64,000 nt of DNA from Candidatus Nezhaarchaeales archaeon (GTDB lineage: Archaea; Thermoproteota; Methanomethylicia; Nezhaarchaeales; WYZ-LMO8): the NCBI GenBank assembly GCA_038887515.1, contig JAWAKK010000001.1, positions 390,205-454,204 on the forward strand. Reading direction: 5' to 3'. A model generated the notes under the pieces. That model saw only the letters and a list, made by a program, of their open reading frames with translations, did not search any database and was not told the DNA's origin. The first letter of the stretch is position 1; every line of letters starts with the position of its first letter. A program made the translations under genes and the position numbers. Below, in pieces: positions 37,667 to 48,410 of this stretch.

Positions 37667-38431
37667 TTACTTAACATACCCCCATTTCTTAAGCATTTTA
37701 ATTTCAATTTTTTCGATAATCAACTGAAATACGTAGTTCGTAATGGTTAGTATCAATATTATTGCCAGTATTATGTCCACCCTAAGCACTGACTGGGCCT
37801 CCATTGCTAGCGACCCTAAGCCTGGCGAGATGGCAGTCATCTCGACGACGAAGCAGGATCTCCACGCCATACCAGATTCAACTTTAAGTCCAGAAAAAAT
37901 CGATGGAAGTACTTGAGGAAGTAGGACGTGAAGTATAGCCTTAAATCCCCTCGCACCCAAGGTCTGCGCTACTCTTATGACGTTCGGGCTTAAGCTTCTA
38001 ACTCCAGTAAGGGTTACGTAGACCATTGGAGCGAAACTACACATGAAGATCACAGCTATAGGTAAACCCTCGTTTAACCCTATCCATATTATGAATAGTG
38101 GGATCCAAGCGACAGCTGGTACAGTGTAGAGCAGAGTTACTATCGGGTATATAGCTCGATAGCTAAGCGTATGGTAAGCTACTACAAGACCTAAAAGTAT
38201 TCCAAGGCTTGAGCCCAGACCTAAACCTATGAGGACTCTAGTAAGAGTCGCTACGTAGCTTAAGCCGAGCTTACCCGTAACGGCTAAGTTGAAGAGCGAT
38301 TCCATAGTTTTACTAAAAGGTGGAAAAAGGTATGTTGGAAAAACTCCGGATCTAGCAACAATTTCCCAAATAACAAAGAGCAATATTAGCGATACCAGCT
38401 CAATTTTCAAGTATTTTTCGAGCGACTTCAT
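37667..38431 (-). CDS. ABC transporter permease (NitT/TauT family)
   Basis: Six-TM permease immediately upstream of the ATPase. Confidence 0.7.
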   Translation of the reverse strand: MKSLEKYLKIELVSLILLFVIWEIVARSGVFPTYLFPPFSKTMESLFNLAVTGKLGLSYVATLTRVLIGLGLGSSLGILLGLVVAYHTLSYRAIYPIVTLLYTVPAVAWIPLFIIWIGLNEGLPIAVIFMCSFAPMVYVTLTGVRSLSPNVIRVAQTLGARGFKAILHVLLPQVLPSIFSGLKVESGMAWRSCFVVEMTAISPGLGSLAMEAQSVLRVDIILAIILILTITNYVFQLIIEKIEIKMLKKWGYVK

Positions 38432-38441
38432 GGACCTAAGT

Positions 38442-39401
38442 CTACCTCCCCAATACGCTTGATAATATTGTAGTATTGATAAAGTCGCTAACGTTCACGG
38501 GCTTTTCTATTACCCCGTATTTAACCATTAAGTCGATGTACCTCGTTACTTGATTAACATCTATTTCGTTACGGTAGTCGAGCCACCTCATGGAATCAAG
38601 AGCCTCCTTGAAACTTATGTCAAGCTTATCGGCTACGATCCTCGCAGACTCCTCAAAGTGGTTGCGAATAAACTCCGTAGCCTTGACAGTAGCCTTCACT
38701 AGTCTCGCAGCCTTCTCAGGATCCTTCTCTAAAAAATCCTTCTTAACTACTAGGAAGCTTCCGGGCATTTCCGGCCATACGTCTTGGCTTCTTAAGAGGA
38801 TCTTACACTCTCCGCGTCTAACAGCTAATGTAGCGTAGTGCTCTGGCAAGGCTGCGGCATCTATTTGTCCTGTTACCAAGGCATTTACGATTGCTGGAGG
38901 CTTCATCGGCTTAAGCGTAACGTTGAGCTTGTACTCATCCATGAGCATTCTTATCAAAAGGTAGTTGGGGCTACCGACGCCTGGATGCGCGATGACCTTG
39001 CCGTTCAATTGATGTACGTCTTCTATATCTGACTTTACGACTAAAGCATAACCATGGAGGTGCGCTTGAGCTACTACTACTATGGGTACTCCAATACTGT
39101 ACGCTGACACTAGGGGTCCTAGGCAAGCCCATGCCACTTCTACGTCACCTTTAGTTAAGGCAGCAGCAAGCTCTACGCCCGTAACAAACGTTTGAAGGGA
39201 CGTCACGTTCAAGCCTTCTTCCATAAAGATTCCCTTATCAAGAGCGACCCACGCGGCGGCTGAATGTGTGTTAAACTCGACGGCCATGGATATAGACTCG
39301 ACCTTCGTTTTAAAGGTCGGCAAAGTTATGAAAAGAACCAATGCCAACAGCGATATTAGCATGACGCCCGTTATAACGCTTACAACTCTGCTCGGTTTCA
39401 T
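38442..39401 (-). CDS. NMT1/SsuA-like periplasmic substrate-binding protein
   Basis: N-terminal TM anchor. It is the first gene of the three-gene operon, with the length and pattern of this family. Confidence 0.6.
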   Translation of the reverse strand: MKPSRVVSVITGVMLISLLALVLFITLPTFKTKVESISMAVEFNTHSAAAWVALDKGIFMEEGLNVTSLQTFVTGVELAAALTKGDVEVAWACLGPLVSAYSIGVPIVVVAQAHLHGYALVVKSDIEDVHQLNGKVIAHPGVGSPNYLLIRMLMDEYKLNVTLKPMKPPAIVNALVTGQIDAAALPEHYATLAVRRGECKILLRSQDVWPEMPGSFLVVKKDFLEKDPEKAARLVKATVKATEFIRNHFEESARIVADKLDISFKEALDSMRWLDYRNEIDVNQVTRYIDLMVKYGVIEKPVNVSDFINTTILSSVLGR

Positions 39402-39575
39402 TAATTACCACTAAGAAGAAAGAAGAAGTTAAATTACTTATAAGACGTGCTAGAAAAAAATTTTAACTTTTTAAAGTTAACAAATGAATACATAAACAAA
39501 ACACTAAATTTACAAGAAGAATTTAATTATACTAGCCTGTTTTTGAACATTTAAATGCTTAAAACATGCACGTAA

Positions 39576-40325
39576 TTGGAGGATCTTCAGGTGATTATTG
39601 AAGAACTTAAGCGAAGATGGTGGTCGAGGGTCTTAGCAAACAATCTCGAGAGAATTGAGGTAAAAGTTGAGGCAAGAGGGCTAAGTCCTGAAGAGGCAAT
39701 TGGCAAGCCGCTTCGGATGGATTACCCGCTTTTTAAGGGGCGTGAAGTAATGATTCAGGCAGAGCTTTGTGGAGTGCCTGGACAGGCCTTTACGGACGAG
39801 CCTTGCTACTATAGAGGAAGCATAAAGGATGTTCAGCAGATGGAGCTACGTTCCAACAAGGATAGAGCGCTTTTTGTAGCTACTGCGAATGCCACCTACA
39901 AGTACTTGGGGTTAATTTCGAATACCGTACACTGCAAAAACAATGGACCCGAGCTATGTGGCAAGAAAATTGCGGAGTTTCTCGCTTCTTTCTTACCTGT
40001 GCGAACAAGAGTACTAATGATAGGCTTCCAACCTGCAATAGCACGCCATCTTTCAAGAATCTTCAAGGAGTTTCGAGTTACAGATATGGACCCTTCAAAC
40101 ATTGGACAGAAGAAGGAAGACGTATGTATTGAATCTTACGAAAATAATGCGGAGGCAATCGAATGGAGCGATGTGGTTTTAGCTACAGGTTCAACCATAG
40201 TTAACGGCTCCATAGACGAGATAGTGAAGTTGTGTGAAGGCAAGAAATTAATGTTCTATGGAGTAACTATAGCGTCGGCTGCTTACGAATTCGGCTTCGA
40301 AAGGTTGTGCTTCATGTCAACCTAA
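39576..40325 (+). CDS. DUF4213/DUF364-like protein (putative Rossmann-like 'heavy-metal chelation' domain)
   Basis: The C-terminal 'VVLATGSTIVNGSIDEIV...KKLMFYGVT' pattern matches. TTG start. Confidence 0.45.
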   Translation: MEDLQVIIEELKRRWWSRVLANNLERIEVKVEARGLSPEEAIGKPLRMDYPLFKGREVMIQAELCGVPGQAFTDEPCYYRGSIKDVQQMELRSNKDRALFVATANATYKYLGLISNTVHCKNNGPELCGKKIAEFLASFLPVRTRVLMIGFQPAIARHLSRIFKEFRVTDMDPSNIGQKKEDVCIESYENNAEAIEWSDVVLATGSTIVNGSIDEIVKLCEGKKLMFYGVTIASAAYEFGFERLCFMST

Positions 40326-40373
40326 GTCCCAGTACTAAGAGGTTTAATAAAACACACTATTGACGTTCCCTTT

Positions 40374-40862
40374 TCAACTAGATTCTCGGACTATAATAGT
40401 TATGCTAGTAGGAGGTACTGTCCCAGTGCTATACATTAAAGTAACCTTTTCGCTTTGACTAGTATCGCCGGTCTCGTCTTGTATCTCTATATTCTCAATT
40501 CTACTTCCGTCAACTACCAAAGTTACTAAAGCCTTCTTTGAGCTACCATAGTTTTTGTTTGCATATTCTCCGATCACGATTTTAACGATAAAGTCATTGA
40601 CACTTACATCGTTGAGGCGGTATACAGAGCCATCATTAAGAATATAGGGAGCCATCTGCCCTGAACCTGCCTCATTGCCGGTGGCTGAAGTAACGTTAAT
40701 CCAGTAAATCTTAGTATCAGTGGCATCTATTATCTTTACATAGGCAGTCTTCATGTACATGTTAATGTCTTGGTGCCAAGGAATGTTTGCACCTGCGATG
40801 AATGTACTGAAGGCAACTAAAATAAAGATTAACATTAGATATAAAATCCTTTTTCTCATCAA
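40374..40862 (-). CDS. Secreted hypothetical protein (signal peptide, 162 aa)
   Basis: ORF plus an N-terminal hydrophobic segment. Confidence 0.35.
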   Translation of the reverse strand: MMRKRILYLMLIFILVAFSTFIAGANIPWHQDINMYMKTAYVKIIDATDTKIYWINVTSATGNEAGSGQMAPYILNDGSVYRLNDVSVNDFIVKIVIGEYANKNYGSSKKALVTLVVDGSRIENIEIQDETGDTSQSEKVTLMYSTGTVPPTSITIIVRESS

Positions 40863-41264
40863 TATTTTACACCGAATGGTTCTAACATAGAATAAGCCGA
40901 TAAGGGTTACGAAGATGGGCGACTATGAGCCTTCTTCGTACGAAGGTTAAATATAAGAGGTATAAACTTATTAAGAGTTGCCTCTTCAGCAATGTTTCAT
41001 CGAAACCTTCGTAATTCGATTTAAAATCATAATTCTAAGCGAACGAACCTCTTTGTTCCAAGATTTATGCTAGGTCCTAACGCACTGTTTCAGGGCTTAC
41101 CGTCGTTACATATCAATCCCACCTTTAATTGCATCATTTAGCACAACGCCAGGTAAGCGTAAAAAGGACGTACTTACGATCAATTTATGAGAAAAACATA
41201 AATTCTCCTCTGTTTCAGCTAGAACGAACTTTGGCGCCATAAACAAAGGTGTAGGCGATGATCA

Positions 41265-42261
41265 ATGCTCGATTACAAATACTTCATTGGTCTAGGGACT
41301 CTAACGTTCTTAATAGTTTCTCTCTGTCTTCGAGGAAAGAGACCTAAAACTCCTATTTGGGGTATAATGGCTTTTGCATCTTTCATTACCGTGGTATCAG
41401 GCCTTGAACCCATCGAAGCCGTCGGCTACAGCATAGACCTTAACGTAATATTATTCCTCATAGGCTTCTTTAGTATTGCTAGTTTAGCTGAGAGTTCCGG
41501 CCTTTTGACGGCAATTGCCTATTGGGTTCTATCGAAAGCTAAGAGCGTTTATGCTCTCATGTATATTTCAGCATTCTTATTCGGCATTCATGGTTAACGA
41601 TACCGTTGCCCTAGTAGGTCCTCCAATAGCTTATGTTATATCTAGAGTTGCCGGTGTGGATCCAAGGGTAGCGTTCCTATTATTGATGTTCTCCATTACC
41701 GTAGGGTCAGTGATGACGCCCATAGGTAATCCTCAGAATATAGCTCATAGGGGCTTCATACCCTTAATAATAGCAACCGCCATGTATATAGTTACATCAG
41801 AACCTAGAAAAGTACTTGCAGGTGTCGACTGGGGAACCATAATATTCTTTATAACTATGTTCGTCACTATGGACGGAATATGGAAGAGTGGTGTATTGCA
41901 ACCTCTGCTAAGCGCTATACACCCGTATAAGTTCGGTTGTTTATTGGACATAGCATCAATAACAGTCCTTTCAGTGATAGTCAGCCAAGCATTAAGCAAT
42001 GTCCCCTTTACGAACATATACGTCGAATACATGAAAAGTCTCGGTTATACGGGGCTCGAAGTGAATTCTTGGCTTACACTAGCTTTTGTCTCTACAATAG
42101 CAGGGAATTTAACTCTCTTAGGGGCTGCGTCAAACATAATAGTAGTCGAGATGATGGAATCCAAGTACGGCTCAACTGTAACATTCAAGGAGTTCTTTAA
42201 AGTCGGTGTTGTAGTGACTAGCGCCAATATAGCTATCTACCTGGCCTTCCTATTAATTTAA
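41265..42261 (+). pseudogene. ArsB/NhaD-superfamily anion permease, interrupted by a frameshift near 41590
   Basis: ORF1 ends '...YISAFLFGIHG*'. The overlapping ORF2 continues with 'MVNDTVALVGPPIAYV...', which is the conserved 'AFL..NDT..L' permease motif split across frames. Confidence 0.5.
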
Positions 42262-42329
42262 GAGCGGTGGGCTTTGCTGGCATGAACATTAATTATTAAG
42301 ATGGGCTACATCTTCAAAACCTAGCGTTT

Positions 42330-42906
42330 AAGGCTAGCCAACTCTTTATGAATCGAGAGGGGTATTATGGAACTTACCACTATTAGAATGCCGGCTACCG
42401 TAAACACGGTCTCAAACCCATACTTTTCAGTCAGAGTTCCACCGACGGCGGCGGTCAATGCTTGACCTAAACTCGTTGACACAGCGACCATCCCCCATTC
42501 GAGGGATTCCCGGCCCTTATCTATGTAACGAGTAAAGAAGGCTCATGAATGGAGAGTAGCGTAGACCTATTCCTATACCATTTAACGTTTGGAGGAGGTA
42601 AACGTGCCATGGTAGCTTAGCTACGACGTATAAGAGGTATGAAAAGCCCGCTAGTACTGTGCCAAAGACTGAGAGGAGTATCTTCCCTCTCTCACTTAAC
42701 TTTTTGTCGACTACGTAAGCCGAAGATAGCCTTGCCACTGAAAATGAGGCCATATAAGCTGTCGACGCAAGACCTGCAACGAACGGTGTTCCCCCTACAA
42801 TTCTGTTGGTAATAAAGATCGCGAATATTGGAGTTACCAGGCCCATACCAGTTAGAACTACGAAGTCGAATGATATTAAACTCCTTATAACTTTATTAAC
42901 TTTCAT
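42330..42906 (-). pseudogene. MFS transporter remnant (N-terminal 129 codons, then a frame change, then more MFS-like sequence; far shorter than a full transporter)
   Basis: ORF at 42517..42906 reads '...ARLSSAYVVDKKLSERGK...'. The minus-strand alternate frame of 42330-42520 reads '...LEWGMVAVSTSLGQALTAAVGGTLTEKYGFETVFTVAGILIV'. Confidence 0.45.
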
Positions 42907-43150
42907 CGACCTTACACCCCAATTATCTTTATATTAAAATATCATCGATACATCTACTGACTTCTTCGTGCAGTCCTAAAATTGATTAACAGACTTATAA
43001 GCTTCTAATTTGAAGAGACCACAGTTTAACCCTTCGCCGTAAACTGTCATTGAAAAGATAGAGCATCACGTGTTTCCTAATCGTAAATTCATGGATTTAC
43101 AATAACGTTAAGCTAAACAAATATCCACAGTTATGCCTTTTCATAACCCT

Positions 43151-43759
43151 TTAAGCATCTAATATTGTTAGGACGTCTTTCATCGGTTTTCGGATCGGCA
43201 TTTCAGGTTTTTCAGCCGGATATCCTACTTCTACTATTGCTTGAGGTTCATAGTCCTCTGGTAAATTAAGTATCCTCTTCACCTCCTCTTGTGCGAAGAG
43301 GGGGGCGCACCTCCAACACCCAGCTAATCCTAAGGCATGTAGTGCTAACAAGAAGTTCTGTATCGCTGCTGCTACACTCTGAATTCCCATTATCCACTCA
43401 GCTCTCGACCTCTCTTCATCGGAGTAGTTTTCGAGGTCCCTCTTAGCTAAGCAGAACATCACTAGCAATGGAGCGTTCATGAACCTTTCACTTGAACTTG
43501 AAATTATGAGCTCGGCCTCACTTCGAGGAACCCTGTCTCTCAGCAAGTCAGCCATAAACTTCTTGGACATAGCTTCAACAAGCATTTTTCTCACACTCCC
43601 TCTACCAATAACTACGAACCTCCAAGGCTGAGAGTTGTGGGCAGATGGAGCCCAAGTAGCAGCTTCGAGCGCCTTAAGTACAAGGTTTAGTGGGACCTTA
43701 CGATCTTCAAATTCTCTCACAGTCCTCCTAGCTCTCAACAATTCAAGCAAGTCAACCAA
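43151..43759 (-). CDS. Nitroreductase-family flavoprotein
   Basis: 'RRTVREFEDRKVP...APSAHNSQPWRFVVI' is the nitroreductase N-terminal signature. Confidence 0.7.
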   Translation of the reverse strand: MVDLLELLRARRTVREFEDRKVPLNLVLKALEAATWAPSAHNSQPWRFVVIGRGSVRKMLVEAMSKKFMADLLRDRVPRSEAELIISSSSERFMNAPLLVMFCLAKRDLENYSDEERSRAEWIMGIQSVAAAIQNFLLALHALGLAGCWRCAPLFAQEEVKRILNLPEDYEPQAIVEVGYPAEKPEMPIRKPMKDVLTILDA

Positions 43760-43863
43760 AGCTCGTCACCAAGAAACGGTTATTTCTCGTCAAACTGCCC
43801 TTTCCCTTAAATCACAATTTTAGAAACTACCATTTTAAATGCTTACAAAAAGTTCTTAGGTTT

Positions 43864-45258
43864 TCAACTCTCAACCCTCTTAACCCTTATTACTTGTTCG
43901 CTCTCCCTAAGCCCGTACGTCAATACTACAAGATCTCCCAACTTAATTTCATTCAATCGTCTAAGAAGCTGAAAAGTTTCTTCAAGCCCTTCATCATAAC
44001 TCGACGCCTTGACCAAGTAACCCTTTATGCCCCAAAGTACGTTTAATTGCTTTAAGACCTTAGAGTCTGGCGTTCCAACATAGAAGTCTACAGCTGGTCT
44101 TAGCAACGAAGTAAGCCTTGCAGTATTGCCATGAACACTATATATTATCAGCTTAGCATTAAGGTGCTCAGCAAGAGAAATTACTCCTTTAGTGAAACTT
44201 GCCCATAGGCTCTTAGCTACTCGTTGTCTAGATACCACAAAGCTTTCTTCAGCGGCCTTAATTATCTTTTTGAGCCACTTTACTGCCTCAACTGGGTATT
44301 TGCCCACAGCAGTCTCTCCAGTTAACATTAGGGCATCAACTCCTTCAGCCACAGCTGTGTTTACGTCTACGACTTCAGCTCTAGTTGGTACTGGGTTCTC
44401 CATCATGGATTCTAAGAGTTGGGTCGCTATTATCATAGGCTTTTCTTTTTCCATTACCTTGTTAATTATGGCGTTCTGAAGGTGAGGAATTTTCTCCAAT
44501 CCCATAACCATTCCCAAGTCTCCTCGAGCAACTAATACTGCATCAGAGACCTCAATTACTTCGTCGAGATTGTCTACAGCCGCTTTGGTCTCTATTTTAG
44601 CTATTATCTTAATTTCTTCGTGGCCCCACTTTTTCAATAAACTCCGCAGGGACTCTATGTCGGCTGCAGTTCTCACACAACTTAAACCGATATAGTCTAC
44701 GTTATGTTCTAAAGCGAACTTCAAGTCCTCCAAATCTTTATTTGTCAATGGAGGTAGGTCGAAGTCCTTGTTAGGAATTGTTAAAGCCTTCCTTGACTTA
44801 ATAGTAGCATCGGTAAGGGCCATCAGTTCTATGTAGTTAGGGGTTACATCAATTACTTCCAATTTAGCCCTGCCGTCATCCATGACCATTACGTCCCCGA
44901 CTTCCAAGTTTTCGTAAACCTCCTTGATTGGTAATGGTAGTTCGAGATTATCAGGCAAGCACTTATCGCTAAGGATCAACCTAGCTCTATCACCCCTCCT
45001 AAGCTTGACGACCCCATTAATGTCTCCAAGCCTAACTGATGGACCTTGTAGGTCTCCTATGAAAGTCAAAGGCCTTTTTAAGAGCTCCTCCACTTTTGCT
45101 AGGTCATCTAGTATTGGCGACCAAAAATCATGGTCACCATGAGCAAAATTAACTCTGAAACCAGAGGCTCCTGCCTCAGCAAGTTCAAGTATCGTTTTGA
45201 ACTCGCTCGATGATGGTCCTAAAGAGACTATAATCTTAGTCTTGTTTTCTCTCGACAC
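43864..45258 (-). CDS. pyk: Pyruvate kinase
   Basis: 'KIIVSLGPSS...GASGFRVNFAHGD', 'MVARGDLG' and a length of 464 aa. Confidence 0.85.
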   Translation of the reverse strand: MSRENKTKIIVSLGPSSSEFKTILELAEAGASGFRVNFAHGDHDFWSPILDDLAKVEELLKRPLTFIGDLQGPSVRLGDINGVVKLRRGDRARLILSDKCLPDNLELPLPIKEVYENLEVGDVMVMDDGRAKLEVIDVTPNYIELMALTDATIKSRKALTIPNKDFDLPPLTNKDLEDLKFALEHNVDYIGLSCVRTAADIESLRSLLKKWGHEEIKIIAKIETKAAVDNLDEVIEVSDAVLVARGDLGMVMGLEKIPHLQNAIINKVMEKEKPMIIATQLLESMMENPVPTRAEVVDVNTAVAEGVDALMLTGETAVGKYPVEAVKWLKKIIKAAEESFVVSRQRVAKSLWASFTKGVISLAEHLNAKLIIYSVHGNTARLTSLLRPAVDFYVGTPDSKVLKQLNVLWGIKGYLVKASSYDEGLEETFQLLRRLNEIKLGDLVVLTYGLRESEQVIRVKRVES

Positions 45259-45469
45259 GTTTCATCCTTGTTTTCTGGGGTTGCTCTACTATAAATTAGT
45301 TATAGGTTGTTGGTTTTTTCTTTATGTGATCCATAGAAGCTTAAGGCTCCACAGCCTCCTACAACAAGAAAGGCTTGTAGTGATGCTTAGAAAGGTTTAT
45401 TTTCAGGCCTTAAAGGACCTTCAAGGGGTATAGACCCCCGGCGGGTTGAGCTCCGCCGTTACTCTAAAT

Positions 45470-45496
45470 GCGGCGAAGCCCCAATGAGGGCTAGCT
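45470..45496 (+). promoter_or_regulatory. Perfect 7-bp stem hairpin CTCCCAC-tgagag-GTGGGAG inside a GC-rich ~110-nt leader upstream of the yhhQ-like gene
   Basis: Read from the sequence. The surrounding region 45421-45535 is unusually GC-rich for an intergenic region here. Confidence 0.3.
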
Positions 45497-45534
45497 AAGG
45501 GAGAAATCAACCTCTCCCACTGAGAGGTGGGAGG

Positions 45535-46191
45535 TTGCCTGGTGAGGGTACTCGAATAATATTAACGTCAACATTTACCGCGGCTCTAGTAGTAGCCAAC
45601 ATAGCGGCCTCGAAGATTGTACAGTTTTGGTGGCTGACGTTTCCAGCCGGTACTTTAGCCTATTGTATCACTTTCCTCTGTACAGATTTGTACACAGAAT
45701 TTTTTGGCAAACGCGAAACTCAGTTTGTTGTTCTTGCAGGCTTTGTAGCGAACATCCTCATGACGGTCTTGATCCAAGCATCTATAATCGCTCCAATCGC
45801 TCAGTTCCAAGAAAGTTACCAAGAAATATACGGAAGAGTTCTAGGCTCTACATGGCGCATCGTGCTTGCAAGCATGGTAGCCTACATAATCTCGCAGAGC
45901 CACGACGTCTGGGCGTTCCACTTTTGGGGTAAGCTAACTAAAGGAAAGCATCTGTGGATACGTAACAATGCTTCAACAATGGTTAGCCAAGCTATGGATA
46001 CTTTGATATTCACGTTCATAGCGTTCTGGGGGGTCATTGATATAGCTAGCCTGTTTAGCATGGCATTCACGCTCTACATTGTCAAATGGGTTGTAGCAGT
46101 TCTGGATACACCCTTCTGTTATCTAGGCGTTTACTTGATCCGTAGGTTGACGGGTATGAAGCCCATATGGTTTAGAGGGGAGACGGTTTGA
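45535..46191 (+). CDS. YhhQ/Vut-family queuosine-precursor (preQ0/preQ1) transporter
   Basis: 'GTLAYCITFLCTDLYTEFFGKRE', 'VLAGFVANI' and about 6 TM in 218 aa match the DUF165/Vut_1 pattern. Confidence 0.7.
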   Translation: MPGEGTRIILTSTFTAALVVANIAASKIVQFWWLTFPAGTLAYCITFLCTDLYTEFFGKRETQFVVLAGFVANILMTVLIQASIIAPIAQFQESYQEIYGRVLGSTWRIVLASMVAYIISQSHDVWAFHFWGKLTKGKHLWIRNNASTMVSQAMDTLIFTFIAFWGVIDIASLFSMAFTLYIVKWVVAVLDTPFCYLGVYLIRRLTGMKPIWFRGETV

Positions 46192-46928
46192 AGAAAGTGG
46201 TATCCTTAGTCAGCGGAGGACTTGACAGTACGAGTTATGCAGCACTGTGGAAGCATAGAGGCTACGATGTTTACCCAGTAATATTTGATTACGGTCAAAA
46301 AGGACGTAGAGAGGTTGAGGTGGCAAAGAGGTTGAGCATGATTATAGGGTTTGAAGAACCCCTCGTTCTAAACGTTTCATCTCTCAAGAGTGTGTGGTTG
46401 AAAACGCAGCTCCTAGATGAGTTAGTAAAAGTCGAGGAGAACTATAGCCCCACGGTAGTGGTGCCCATTAGAAACGTGGTCTTCATAACGATAGCTTGCG
46501 CGTACGCTTTGTCCATTGGAGCTGATATCGTGGCCTATGGGGCACATCTTAACGATATCGCTACTCGGGCAGATACTGGTGAACCGCTTTATCCGGACTG
46601 TCATCCGAACGTTGCGTTGGCCTTAGAAGAAATAATAAGAATAGCTCATTTCCCCGTTGGAGCAAAGAAGTTAGAGGTGTGGAGTCCGGCGAGAGAAGGC
46701 TTTACTAAAACTCAGGTTCTGAAGAAGGGTTACGAGTTGCTAGGAGATTTAATATACGAAACTTGGAGTTGCTATCTCAGTGATTCGATCCACTGCGGTA
46801 CATGCGAGTCCTGTATTAATAGACATAAAGCATTCATAGAAGCTATGGTTCCAGACAAAACTCGTTATAAAGAACATTCAAAGATTCATGAAAAGTGTTT
46901 TAGTGGAGATTGTGGTGTTAATCCTTAG
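46188..46928 (+). CDS. queC: 7-cyano-7-deazaguanine synthase QueC
   Basis: 'VSLVSGGLDST' is the PP-loop. The zinc motif is 'CGTCESCINRHKAF'. Confidence 0.85.
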   Translation: MKKVVSLVSGGLDSTSYAALWKHRGYDVYPVIFDYGQKGRREVEVAKRLSMIIGFEEPLVLNVSSLKSVWLKTQLLDELVKVEENYSPTVVVPIRNVVFITIACAYALSIGADIVAYGAHLNDIATRADTGEPLYPDCHPNVALALEEIIRIAHFPVGAKKLEVWSPAREGFTKTQVLKKGYELLGDLIYETWSCYLSDSIHCGTCESCINRHKAFIEAMVPDKTRYKEHSKIHEKCFSGDCGVNP

Positions 46929-48085
46929 CTTGCTCTTTTCTTGATCTTCTCCTTTGCCCTCTCTTTTGCGTCCTCATCTTCACTTGCTACGATGCCTACA
47001 CCCATGAGCCTATTAAAAGCCGAGTTTAAGAATTTTATGTAAGAGCCTCTTTGACCTACAAATGCTCCGAACTCTCCCTTCACTTTTACCATTAAATTCG
47101 GCCCAGCAAAGTCCACATCGGTTATGTGCTTGTGAATCCATGAAACTGGATGTATAGCCCTTACGATGTCTGCAAAGTTCAGCGTAAGTTCTACTGCTCT
47201 GAGTTTAAGCTGAACCTCTCGCTCAATCTTACTTATCCTATCACCGCTTTTACCTATCAACCTGGCTAGGTACCCTTCTTTAACTACAACAAGGGCGTCG
47301 GGCACGTGCTCAGCAGCTATATCAAAAATCCTCTTGCACTCAATTAAGTCTAAGACAGTTACGATGTCAGCATCCGGTGCATGCATCTTGGCCACGTCTA
47401 TTATGTTTTTCTCTACATCGTTTAACGGTCTCTTCCTCATCTTCATTTCAAGAAGTAGCTTAATACCCCTTTTCGCCCCCGGCCTAATTATATCCTTTAA
47501 ACCTAAGTCTATTACCTTAGCATAATCTTCGCCCAAAAGTACCTCCCTCAATGTAACCACTCCACTGGGGCTCGTTTCTAAAACGCTTTGCAAAATAGGG
47601 TCTCCAGCAATTACCAGCTTGCTCTTATGACCAATCCTCATAAATGTCTCTACGACGCATTCAGGCATTATTGCTTGAGCATCGTCAACAAATATTAGGG
47701 TTTTATCAAACGTTCTACCCCTCAAGTAATGTGCATCAGCAAATAGCAACCTACCTTCTTTGGCTACCTTCTCCACGACTTGCCACTCGATGAGGCTAGT
47801 TAAAATGTCTTTAAGATAAGATGAAGCTATGTCGTAGTACAGTTCCCCGGCATCAATTGTTGTGACTTCTCTCCCTGTTACGATGTCTACAACTGGTTTC
47901 ACTATGACAAACCTCTGATACTTACCCTCCATAACGCTGTCAATGCCGTAGGTTATGCTCAACAAGCTTTTACCAGTACCTGTAGGACCGAAGACCCCTA
48001 TAACTTCGTAAGAGTCGCTTTTCAGAGCTTGAAGTAGTTCTTCTTGCCCTGAACTCTTGGGCTTTACTTTATCGAGCAGGCTCAT
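46925..48085 (-). CDS. PhoH-family P-loop ATPase with C-terminal KH domain
   Basis: 'GPTGTGKS', 'LVIAGDPILQ' and a C-terminal 'LIGKSGDRISKIERE' KH-like segment. Confidence 0.7.
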   Translation of the reverse strand: MSLLDKVKPKSSGQEELLQALKSDSYEVIGVFGPTGTGKSLLSITYGIDSVMEGKYQRFVIVKPVVDIVTGREVTTIDAGELYYDIASSYLKDILTSLIEWQVVEKVAKEGRLLFADAHYLRGRTFDKTLIFVDDAQAIMPECVVETFMRIGHKSKLVIAGDPILQSVLETSPSGVVTLREVLLGEDYAKVIDLGLKDIIRPGAKRGIKLLLEMKMRKRPLNDVEKNIIDVAKMHAPDADIVTVLDLIECKRIFDIAAEHVPDALVVVKEGYLARLIGKSGDRISKIEREVQLKLRAVELTLNFADIVRAIHPVSWIHKHITDVDFAGPNLMVKVKGEFGAFVGQRGSYIKFLNSAFNRLMGVGIVASEDEDAKERAKEKIKKRAS

Positions 48086-48410
48086 AATTGCTCCCTCCAG
48101 TCACTGGTGGTATTATTGTTGTTGGATTAGTGCTTAAATCTATGCAGATGCCAATGGAGGATTAGGTCTATGAAGGCAAAGCTTCATAGATGGAATATCA
48201 TTACTTAAAAAGTGATGCCTAAATCACGATGGAGATCTTCAACGAAACTTATAGAAGCTTAAGGAAGGAGCCTTAATCTAGGGTTGGCATGTGTGAAAAA
48301 CCTTTTTGAAGTTCATGCACGATAATGGCTTAGTAAATTTTGACATTAATGACCATTGGGAGTTGCGTTAACTTTCACAAGCTTTAATATCGTCCTTGCT
48401 AGAAATTTAG

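Noticed and set aside
43151-43759. BluB (5,6-dimethylbenzimidazole synthase) assignment for the nitroreductase-fold protein, given the cobalamin context
   Set aside because: It is about 30 kb from the cbi genes. The generic nitroreductase signature alone cannot distinguish BluB.
45197-45433. 78-aa ORF overlapping the pyk start and its promoter
   Set aside because: It overlaps the 5' end of pyruvate kinase on the opposite strand and has no motif.
45421-45534. preQ1 riboswitch call for the yhhQ leader
   Set aside because: No match to the compact preQ1-I consensus (stem-loop plus A-rich tail) could be made by eye. Only the generic structured-leader observation is kept.
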